A DNA stretch of 62,177 nt, the filler included, from Chiloscyllium plagiosum (Eukaryota), in NCBI RefSeq assembly GCF_004010195.1. It is 4 parts of one record of this genome, joined end to end, with 100 filler letters (N's around TTAATTAATTAA, not from the genome) between each part and the next. Parts side by side here need not be neighbours in the genome. Positions count along the whole stretch, not along the records: positions 47,701 to 52,846 come from NC_057711.1; positions 52,947 to 62,177 come from NC_057711.1; 2 more parts are not named here. One strand, written 5' to 3'. The notes under the pieces are model-generated. The model did no database searches. It was not told the DNA's origin and worked only from the letters and a program-made list of their open reading frames with translations. How positions within the stretch are numbered: the stretch's first letter is position 1; each line of letters opens with the position of its first letter. The translations under genes were made by a program, and so were the position numbers. Shown here in pieces: positions 52,313 to 62,177 of the stretch.

Positions 52313-53173
52313 CAGGACTCCTGCCCACCTTCCGAGGAACCCTTCACATGCCTCCAACACACTCCATCCACCTGGACACCTCACACTGTCCTATTACTCG
52401 CCCTCGACCTCTTCATTTCCAACTGCCACCGAGACATTAACCGCCTCAAACTGTCTACTCCCTCCCCTACTCCAACCTCTCACCCTCACAACGCACAGCC
52501 CTCCACTCCCTCTGCTCCAATCCCAACCTCACCATCAAACCAGCAGATAAAGGGGGTGCAGTGGTAATTTGGTGCACTGACCTCCACACTGCTGAAGCCT
52601 GATGCCAACTGGAAGACACCTCCTCCTACCGCCACTCAACTATGACTCCACCCCCCCATCACCAAACCATCACCCAGACCATACAGAACCCCATCACCTC
52701 AGGAGGTCTCCCACCCACAGCTTCCAACCTTGTAGTCCGGGAATCTGCACCGCCCGATTTTACCTCCTTCCCAAGATCCACAAGTCTGACTACCCCGGCC
52801 GACCCATTGTCTCAGCCTGCTCCTGCCCCACTGAACTCAGTCCCCCNNNNNNNNNNNNNNNNNNNNNNNNNNNNNNNNNNNNNNNNNNNNTTAATTAATT
52901 AANNNNNNNNNNNNNNNNNNNNNNNNNNNNNNNNNNNNNNNNNNNNCTCACCTTGACCTCCTTCCACCTATCGCATTTCCAACACCCCTCCCCCAAGTCC
53001 CTCCTCCCTACCTTTTATCTTAGCCTGCTGGACACACTTTCCTCATTCCTGAAGAAGGGCTCATGCCTGAAACGTCGATTCTCCTGCTCCTTGGATGCTG
53101 CCTGACCTGCTGCGCTTTTCCAGCAGCACATTTTCAGTTCTGATCTCCAGCATCTGCAGTCCTCACTTTCTCC
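52313..53173 (+). mobile_element. Penelope-like element spanning an assembly gap
   Basis: TIKPADKGGAVVIW and ARFYLLPKIHKSDYPGRPIVSAC; 3' pLTR with hammerhead after the gap. Confidence 0.87.
53049..53076 (+). ncRNA. Minimal hammerhead ribozyme motif at 3' end of Penelope element
   Basis: CTGAAGAAGGGC(TCAT)GCCTGAAACGTC; helix II kept with one G-U pair; downstream of and co-oriented with the Penelope RT fragment. Confidence 0.68.
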
Positions 53174-56100
53174 CTGTGAAAGACTAGAACCTAGCAAAGG
53201 TTGTTCGTAAAACTGAGCACTCAAAATCATTCATACACCATTGTGACTAAAACCAGAAAGCAAGTGAGAAGGCAAAGGTTCCATATTTGACCCTCATCTG
53301 AGGTGAACATACAAAAAAAGATCATCAACAACACCATCACTGAAATCATAGAATCATAGAATCCCTACAGTGGTGAAACAGGCCACGAGGCCCAACGAGC
53401 CCATACCGACCCTCCGAAGTGTACCCTACCCAGGTCCATTCCTCTCCCCGTCAAAATAACATCAACAACATCTCCAAAAGGGGGAGAAATATCAACAATG
53501 TCACAGTGACACAAAGTTACCAACATGAAGTATAACTCCCACAATACCAGGAATAACATGTACAATAATGCACATGCCGACTGCCAACTCACCATGGAGA
53601 AAAATGAATGCTAAATCTACCAGACAGGGACAGAACATCCTATCACCCAAGCTATTACATGAATAATCAAGACATAAAAGACTCTTATGGTATTCAGTTT
53701 ATAGTTTTGAAAGAAAGAAGTATTTTATGTTGTTTTAGTATTCAAAACAAAGCTAGGAATTAATTATTATGTAAAAATATATTCTGGGGTACTAGAGGAT
53801 AGGATTCATATAGTGAGTAATTCCCTACAAGGCACAAGTGTGATAGAGTACTCTGTACTTGCCTGGATGAGTGTAGGTCCAACAAAACCCAAGAAGCTTG
53901 ACACTACCCAGGACAAAGTAGCTTGCTTAATTAGTATCCCATTCACAAACATTCAGTCTCTCCACTAACTGTAGCAACAGTGTGAATTCTATAAGATACA
54001 CAGTGGCAATTCACCAAAAGTTCTTAGACTCTACCATCCAAATTCACAATGACTACCATCTAAAAGGACAAGGGAGCAGGGGTGGGAGGGCGGGGAGGGA
54101 GGGGTGGGCGGATATGTGGGATCACCACTGCAAGCAAGTTCCCCAACAAACTACTCACAATCCAGACTTGGTTCACCATACCTTTGGTGACATTGGGATC
54201 AAAATCCTGGAACACACCCCCCAACAGCATTGTGGATGGACAGCAAATGGGCTTCAATAGCTTACCGCCCCCTTCTCAAAGGCAACCAAGGGATGGGCAA
54301 TAAATGCTGGTCTAGTCAGTGATGTCCACGTCCAATGAGTGAATAAAAACAAATCAGTCACACTTCAGTCAAATGCTAAATAACAATGCATCAGTCTACC
54401 AGCTACATGGAGAGCAGCATGCTAAATATTCAGTGAAGCTCCAGTGATTTCTGTGATTAATTCTGACTTATGAAAACTAAAATACATCACATATGCATTG
54501 TCTAAAATTCCTGTGAGCCAGGGATTTTTCCATATTTGTCAGCTATGAGCAAACCTGACGGTTTTGTGTTTGCAGCTCCATTATATTTTCACACATCTAT
54601 ATCTTGTACAAGTCAGATGAAGTCAGTCAAGTTACCTTCAAATTTGGTTAGATTATATAAAACTGCCTTGAAAAGTTTTTAGTGACCTTAACTCAGGACT
54701 TGGATAATCTTCATGAACTGCTTCACTATGTTATACTTGTCCGAATCCTTCTGCAGAATCTTTGCCTTGAAGCACATTTATATTCTCCAGTTACATACTG
54801 CAACAGGGTGACTGAGGACTAGTAACCTAACCCTATGCAAATAAACACTCCAATCCTAAAGCTATTTCAAGAAACTTATATTTTATCAGAATTGCGCCTG
54901 AAGTGGGAACACATCGAAAGAGGAGACATTCTTCAGCCAGATATTGATAATGGGGAGTAAGTAAAGGCCTAAAAAAGTAGGGAATGTAAGAGCTGAAAGT
55001 TATATTAATGAATTTTTAAAAATAAAAAGAAGCTTGAATTGTATAATATGTAAACAAAGGAGGCTCTGAGATTATAGGTCTGAATCTTTGTGGAGATTAG
55101 AATGCTCATTGCATAGGCCAAAATGACACTGTAGCCCTGATTTCAGAATTCCTAGCCAATACTTTTGTTAGAGGTTGGTGGCAGGTATTTCATATACCCG
55201 CACTTCATGGAGACAAATGCACATGTAAAAATGCTGTTGTCTTGACTCAAACAATTTTGATTACCTATATTTCTGAAATACAACTTGTGGGCTTCAGATA
55301 TTTGAGGAAAAGATTGAAAACCACCTGATTCCTTAGGAGAGGCAAGGTATCATTTTGGAGAGGTTGGGTACCTTTTGTTTGGATTTTTAACAGAGGTATT
55401 AATTTATAAAGAAGGTGAATAAACCCTGTGGAATTACCAAGCAAATAATTTATACCCCCAACCCTTTCAATTTTGTTAGAAACAAATGCTGTTGTGGCTT
55501 TCAGTTGAAAGAAAGTCAGAGCTTGCAATTTTAAGAGATGTTTGTTGACTATTTTTAAATTTGTTCATGGAATGTGGGCCTCACTGGTTAGACCAATGTT
55601 TATTGCCCATTCCTAATTATTCAGTGGATGGCTAAGAGTCAGTCACATTACTGTGAGTCTGGAGTCACATGTAGGACATGCAAATTTTGTGATTTCTTTC
55701 CCTGAAAGGACATAAGTGAACCAGATGGGTTTTGACAACAATCAACAATAGTCACCAATGGGCCAGCTTTTTTATTAAATTTCAGATTTTTATTAAATTC
55801 AAACTTCACCATCTTCTATGTCACTAGCCCAGGGTTATGAATTATAAGTGTTAACACATTATCACAATAGCTTGATTGACAACAGTTTTTATAAAGGATA
55901 ATGTGATTAAAGGAAATATCTGTTTTAATAATTTATTAAGTACTTGAAGGTATAGATTGTTTCCTTTAAATCAGTTATCTTTTTAAAATAGTGAAGGTTG
56001 TAATAGATACTAAGAATTTTATTTCATGACAGCACATTTCCATGTATTTCTTTTAAATTCATTCATGAGATGTACATGTCACCAGCAGGAGATCCACTTA

Positions 56101-56559
56101 TTGTCCATCACTAGTTGCACTTGAGAAGATGTTGGTGAGCTTCCTTCTTGAGCTGCTATAGTCCATGTGCTGCAGATAGACCCACAATGCCTTTAGGGAG
56201 CGAGTTCTAGTAACAGTGAAGGAACAGCAATATGTTTCAGCGCCAGAATGATAAGTGGATTGAAGGGTAGAGTGAATCAGCATGGAACGTGTAAAGTTAA
56301 AAGGGTGGATGTCATGGTTTGGCATGAATTGACACTAAGTTGGCAGAAGGGTTATAGAGTTTAGAGAATGAGTGGGGAACTGATGCTGAAGTGAGTTGAT
56401 GTTATGTTGGCATGGAGAGTATGAGCGTCCATGGGAAGAGTGGTCAAGAGGCACAGAGGTTGGAATGAAAGATGAGGGGCCATGAATGTGGCATATGCTG
56501 GCATGGTTAGAACAAGAGGAGAGTGTGACAGTGAGGTGGTATGAAGGGTGAAGGCTGAG

Positions 56560-56890
56560 AGAATCACAGAATCCCCTACAGTGTGGAAGCAAGCCATTCA
56601 GCCCATCAAGTCCACACCAACCCTCAAAAGAGCATCCCATCCCTTAAACCCTGCATTTCCCAAGGTTAACCCACCTAGCCTGCACATCCTCGGACACTAT
56701 GACCAATTTAGCATGGCCAATTCATCTAACCTGCACATTTTGGACTGTGGGAGGAAACCGGCACACCAGGAGAAAACCCACACAGACACATGGAGAATGT
56801 GCAAACTCCACACAGACAGTCACCCAAGGGTGGAATTGAGCCCTGGTCCTCAGCACTATGAGGCAACAGTGCCAACCATTGAGCCAACAT
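56560..56890 (-). mobile_element. HE1-type SINE (further copies about 53345-53450, 58197-58530, 60500-60830)
   Basis: Reverse complement of the 760-1088 pattern. Confidence 0.8.
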
Positions 56891-57164
56891 GCCTTACTGT
56901 TTCCATTACAAAAGGGACCATATGCCAGAGCATCAAAGTGTATCTTTTATCCAATTGCTTCAGTACTCGGCAGCCCCTGTAGTGGTCTCCAAACTGTGGG
57001 CAGCGGAGCTGACTGCAGCTAACATCTGCCCTCAACCTGAGTTAATTTTCTCCCAAGTTGTGTTTACAGAGATGGGAAATTTCTTGACTCTGTACCCCTA
57101 ATGTGGGAGGAAAATTGGGCCTACGTATTGGAAGTTGAATGTGAATCTCTAACTGAGGAAGAAA

Positions 57165-57362
57165 GAGTCAGAAGTCACACAAAACACCAGGGTTATAGTC
57201 CAACAGGTTTATTTGAAATCACAAGCTTTCGGAGCATTGCTTCTTCATCAGGTGAAGCAGTGCTCTGAAAGCTTGTGATTTCAAGTAAACCTGTGGGATT
57301 ATGACCTGATGTCATGTCACTTCCGACTTTGTCCACCCCAGTCCAACACCGGCACCTCCACA
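57165..57362. mobile_element. Palindromic insertion of second Penelope pLTR family
   Basis: aacaggtttatttgaaatcacaagctttc...gaaagcttgtgatttcaagtaaacctgt inverted arms. Confidence 0.7.
57223..57251 (-). ncRNA. Hammerhead motif of a second Penelope pseudo-LTR family
   Basis: Reverse complement CTGATGA-AGAAGC(AAT)GCTCC-GAAA-GCTT with palindromic AAGCTT at helix III; one mismatch in helix II. Confidence 0.45.
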
Positions 57363-58704
57363 TCAAGGAAGGAAGAGACAACCCCCAAAGGAGGATGAGA
57401 GAAAACTGGTGCAGACACTATATTCTGCAACAGATCCATTGAACTGCTCATGGGAGGACAATTTAGATCCTTGAAGCTAAACAGCTGAATACCCAACTCC
57501 TGAAACAGATTTGGTGTCACACAGTCTGAATTCTCATCACCCAACCAGCAATTATATGTGTGCTCTAGTCTAAAATCATTCTTGGATTTTAACAAAGTAA
57601 TTGCACAACCTCCAATACCATTTGGAATACACTCATAATTGTTGGACCTTGCTAATTGATTCCATTACTTTGCAGAGGAAAGCAGCACCCAGGAGAGGCA
57701 GACTTTATGATCACTCACTCTCTCCTCTCCTTCCATGCTGTGTGCTATGATAGAGCTCATCAAAAACAAGACTATGCTTAAACACACTGCTGGAATTCAT
57801 TCTCAGGTTTTTACATTTTCGTATAGCCTTGTAGGAAAAGAACCCTGCATTATTTGAGATATAATTCTACATTTACTGTCAATATTGTGTTTGAGTTTTA
57901 CTTATTTTTAAAATAAAGAGGACAACATAAAGGAATGAATTTCTATTCCAAATAGCAACTTCATGTGAAAAACCATTTTGTTCACATCTGATACCTTTCC
58001 CGATTTTCCCATTTATACTTTTTAGGCAGTATTAGATACTTTCTCCCAGTAAGAGACCGCTTCACTTCTTAAATTGCCATAATCTACTGCTGTCTACAAG
58101 CCTTAAATTCTGAAATTCCCGCCATAGACCTCTGTGTGTATATGTTTCCTTTTAATTTCTAACATTTGGACCAAACTTTTAGTCATAGATGTTTAATAAT
58201 AGAATCCCAACAGTGTGGAAAGAGGACATTCAGCCCATCAAGCCTGCATCAAGCTTCCAAAGAGCAGCCCACCCAAACCCTCACCTTATCCCTGTAACCC
58301 CATATTTACAATGGCTAACCCTCTCATGTGCATATCCCTGGACACCATGGAATTTATCATGGCTAATCCTGCACACCTTTGGAGGAAACTGGAGAACCTA
58401 CAGAAAACCCACACAGATAGAGGGAGACCGTGTGCACTCCACACAGACAGTCTTCCAAGGGTGGAATCAAACACAGATCCATGATATTGTGAGGCAGTAG
58501 CACAAACCACTGAGCTACCATGCCGCACACTTTTAGTCACTTATCATAATAGACCCTTATGTGGCTGGGTGTCAAATCTCCTGCAAGTTGCATTGGAGCA
58601 TTCTTAAAGTGGTTAGAGAAATGCAAATTTTCTGGTCAGTTTCCTCACTTTAAATGTTATAATAAACACACATTTAAATGCTTCCCATTACATGACTAAC
58701 TTAC

Positions 58705-58734
58705 CTGATTGCAGGATGCTCAATTTTAAAAACA
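58705..58734 (-). other. Candidate upstream 30-nt exon (5'UTR or coding) of the minus-strand gene
   Basis: cttatcttacattgcag| ... CAG|gtaagt (consensus donor) in non-repetitive sequence. The phase 1-to-1 frame FLKLSILQS is compatible with the open frame of exon A. Short enough to be chance. Confidence 0.25.
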
Positions 58735-59469
58735 CTGCAATGTAAGATAAGTATCTGGTTGGATACAGGACTCCATTCCGTGATCTATCTATAGTTTTGA
58801 AGGCAATATAGCTTACAGGTGGTCTTTTGTTGGAAGGTTGTGTCTTTAGTAATGTTTAAATGAGTGACGGTTCAAATTATTTCTGAAGTAGAATATCGCA
58901 TTAAATGCATCATTATTAAGCTTCTACTTGCAAGTCAGTCTTAAAGGAGGGTTACCTTGTGATTCATGTTGGATTCAATCCAAATATTTTACACATTTCA
59001 TGAACAAAGGACAAAATATTCTTGTATTATTATATTTTAAAATATTATATCCAATATTCAACATTTTGTACGTTCCATTCAATTTAAATCTATTGGACAT
59101 TGCAAATGTAAAGTGATTAATCAAACCACCTTGTAAGCATATTGCTGCCATTCATCTAAAAGCAGTAGATAACTCAAACAGTGAACATTTCATTTCCAGA
59201 TAGCAAGTCATGTGAAAATAACCCAGTGAAGATTGCCAATTATTTTTAACGGACTGGATCCTAACAGTCTGGTTCAAAACCCCAACCAGTTTGTTTTTTT
59301 TAACATGCATGGCCATGTAAAAGTTGTTAAGTATCCATAGTGACTGATTGAGGAAAATAAAGCAACTGCAGAAACAATATGATCACTACCAGCCTGTGAG
59401 TCTGAGGTCCTCCTTCAGCAACAAGAGATACATCTTCACTTACTTGTAAAAGCTTCCCCAATGTTGAGG

Positions 59470-62100
59470 AACGTAAGAATTAACTAAGAGTAGGCCATTC
59501 AGCCCCTCAAGTCTGCTTTTCCATTCAGTAAGATCATGACTGATTTGACTGTGACCTAAACTCCACTTTCCTGCCTGTCATCCAGAACCATAAGATGTCA
59601 GAGCAGAAGTAGACCATTAGGCATATTGAATCTGCTCTACCATTCAATGAGCTCATGGCTGATCTGATAATCCTCAACTCTGGTTCCTTGCGATTTCCTG
59701 TAACTCTTGATCCCATACTGATTAAAAATCGATGTCAACCTTGAATAACCTAAGTGACCCAGGCTTAACAATTCCACAGAATCAATACGATCTGAGAGAA
59801 GAAATATATCCTCAGCTCTGTCTTAAAAGAGGGATCCCTTGCTCTAAGTCTGTCTCTGGTTGTAGACTCTCCCACAAGGGGAAACAATGTTTCCACATCT
59901 AATCCATCAATTCCCATAAGAATCTTCTATGTTTCTATCAGGTTGCCTCTCATTCATCAAAAGTCTAATGAGTATGGACTCAACCAACTCAACCTCTCCT
60001 CATTAGCTAGTCCCTTCATACCTGAGTTTAGATTATAGTGGTGCTGGAAAAACACAGCAGGTCAGGCAGCATCCGAGGAGCAGGAATCAGCCAAGTGATC
60101 CTACTCTGCACTGCCTCCAATGCTAATATGTCTTTCCTTAGCTAAGTGAAACAAAACTGTTCATAATATCTCACTGATGGTCTGACTAGTGCTTTGTATA
60201 ATATTAGCAAGATTTTCTTATTTTTATACACCATTTCTCCAGAAATAAACACCAACATTTCTTTTGCCCTCCCTATTACCTGCTGAACTCTGATGTTACA
60301 TTTTGTGATTTATGCACGAGGATCCTCAAACAGCTCTGTCAGCAGCTTTCTGCAGTCTTTCTCAATTCAGATAATATTCAATATCTCTAATCTTCCTGGC
60401 AAACTACATAACCTCACTTTCCCACATTACGTTCCATCTGCCCACTCAATCTGTCCCTGCAAACTTTTTGTATCATCCTGTTTACTTGCCTTCCCCAAAG
60501 GAATCCCGGAATACTGTGTGGAAACAGGCCCTTCAGCCCAATAAGTCCACACTGACCCTATGAAAATTAACCCACCCAGTCCCATTCCTTTACATTTACT
60601 CCTGACTAATGCACCTAATCTACACATCCCTGAACACTATGGATAATTTAGCACAGCCAATTCACCTAACCTGCACATCTTTAGATCTTAGGAGGAAACC
60701 AGAGCACCCAGAGGAACCCTAAGCAGACACAGGGAGAATGTGCAAACTCCACACACAGTCCCCCAATCCTGGAACTGAACCCAGGTTGCTGGCACTGTGA
60801 GGTAGCAATGCTAACCACTGTGGAACCCACACAGCAGCAGAATAGATTGCAATTAGTTCAAAATGGGGTTCAACAGTGTCATCTGTAAACTTGGTGATAA
60901 CATATTCGTTTCCCTCATCCAAGTCATTAACATGTATATTGTAAACAATTTTGGCCCAGCACTGATCGCTGTGACACTCCTCTAATTACAGGTTGCAATT
61001 CTCAAAGTCCCCCTTATCCCAACTTCTTTTATTTAGCCAATCCTCTATTCATGCTAATACTAATGCCATATGTTCTTATCTCACTAAGTAGCCTTGTGTG
61101 CAGTATATGATCAAATGTTTTTTAAAAATCTGAATAAACTATGTCTACTGGTTTCCCTTTAACTACCCTGCATGTTACCTTTTCAAAGAATTCTAATAAA
61201 TTTGTTAGACATGATTTCCCCTTCCTGAAGCTATGCTGATGCTATTTGATTAATGTTATCCATTTAAATGTGCATTCTGCTACTAAATTCTTTATAATCA
61301 ACTTTCTTCAATTCAACCTTGAATCTGTTGAAGACCTAACCTCCAACGGGGGTTCTGGGAAAGAAAGTTTCATCTACCAATTACCCTCTGAGAGAAAAAT
61401 ATTCTCTTTATCTCAGTCTTAAATTGGCAATGTCTAATGTTTAAACAATGTTTCTCAGCATTTACCATGTCAAGTCCCGTATGTATTGTGGTTCCAATAA
61501 AATGGTTCCTCATTGTTCTAAACTCTAATAGGTATTAGCCCAATCTGCTTAACCTTCACTCTTAAGTGAACCCCTTTGTCTCAGGAATCAGTACTTCGAA
61601 TGCTCTTGAAAAGCATTTAATGTGTTATGTCCTTTCTTGAGTAAGAAGATAAATGTGCATAATATCCCAGCTGTGGTCTCACTAAAGCACTGTATGGCTA
61701 TAACTATACTTTCTAATCAAATGTTGTCGCTGCATGCTCGCATACTAATGTTTTGTGATGCATATACTTGAACTCCCAGAACCCTCTGTACTGTGATGTC
61801 CTGCATTGTCGCTCAATTTAAATTATATGCTGCTTTTCTATTTTTCTTGTTGAAATGAGTATGTTCGCATTTATTCACATCAGCTTTCATCTTTCAAAAT
61901 TTTGATCCCTCACTTAACTGATCTACATCCATTTTGAAGATTCCTCACATCTACCTTACAACGTATTGTCCTTCCTATCTTTGTGTCATTACCAAATTTA
62001 GTTACCATACTTCTGTTTTCTTTATTTTAACATAGATTATAAATAGTTGAGGCCCCAGAACCAATTCCTGCAGCATTCCACTGGTCACAGTTTACTAACC
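59470..62100 (-). mobile_element. Cluster of old CR1 LINE fragments
   Basis: ITKFTDDT near 60880-60900, repeated CR1 3' ends, nested HE1 and pLTR pieces. Confidence 0.65.
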
Positions 62101-62177
62101 TGAAAATAAGAGTTGAAAAGTGTGGTGCTGGAAAAGCACAGCAGGCCAGGCAGCATCCGAGGAGCAGGAGAATCGAC

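Noticed and set aside
54636..54856. Exon-like minus-strand segment upstream of exon A
   Set aside because: Stops in the frames examined; at most a 5'UTR exon, and not supportable from sequence alone.
1..62177. CRISPR arrays, rRNA or prokaryotic operons
   Set aside because: The sequence is eukaryotic intronic DNA; no regularly spaced repeat-spacer array or rRNA signature was seen.

Overview
A 62 kb, mostly intronic and repeat-rich vertebrate window. The repeat content (HE1-type V-SINEs, HER1/CR1 LINEs, Penelope-like elements) points to a cartilaginous fish, probably a shark. Most bases are decayed retroelements: several CR1-group LINE families, one Rex1/Babar copy, one young Tx1 copy, L2, Penelope-like elements, three tRNA-SINE families and putative LTR relics. 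The best-supported host feature is a minus-strand spliced gene that the ORF track shows only in fragments. It has five exons at 49538-49733, 47367-47449, 38011-38128, 37430-37566 and 33597-33757, encoding an unrecognised protein with a signal peptide and at least two transmembrane segments. Many short Penelope pseudo-LTR insertions carry minimal hammerhead ribozyme cores, three of them intact. Weaker evidence suggests a plus-strand exon chain in the left 25 kb. Three 100-nt assembly gaps contain an artificial TTAATTAATTAA spacer. Repeat boundaries are approximate; exon, TSD and ribozyme coordinates were counted directly.
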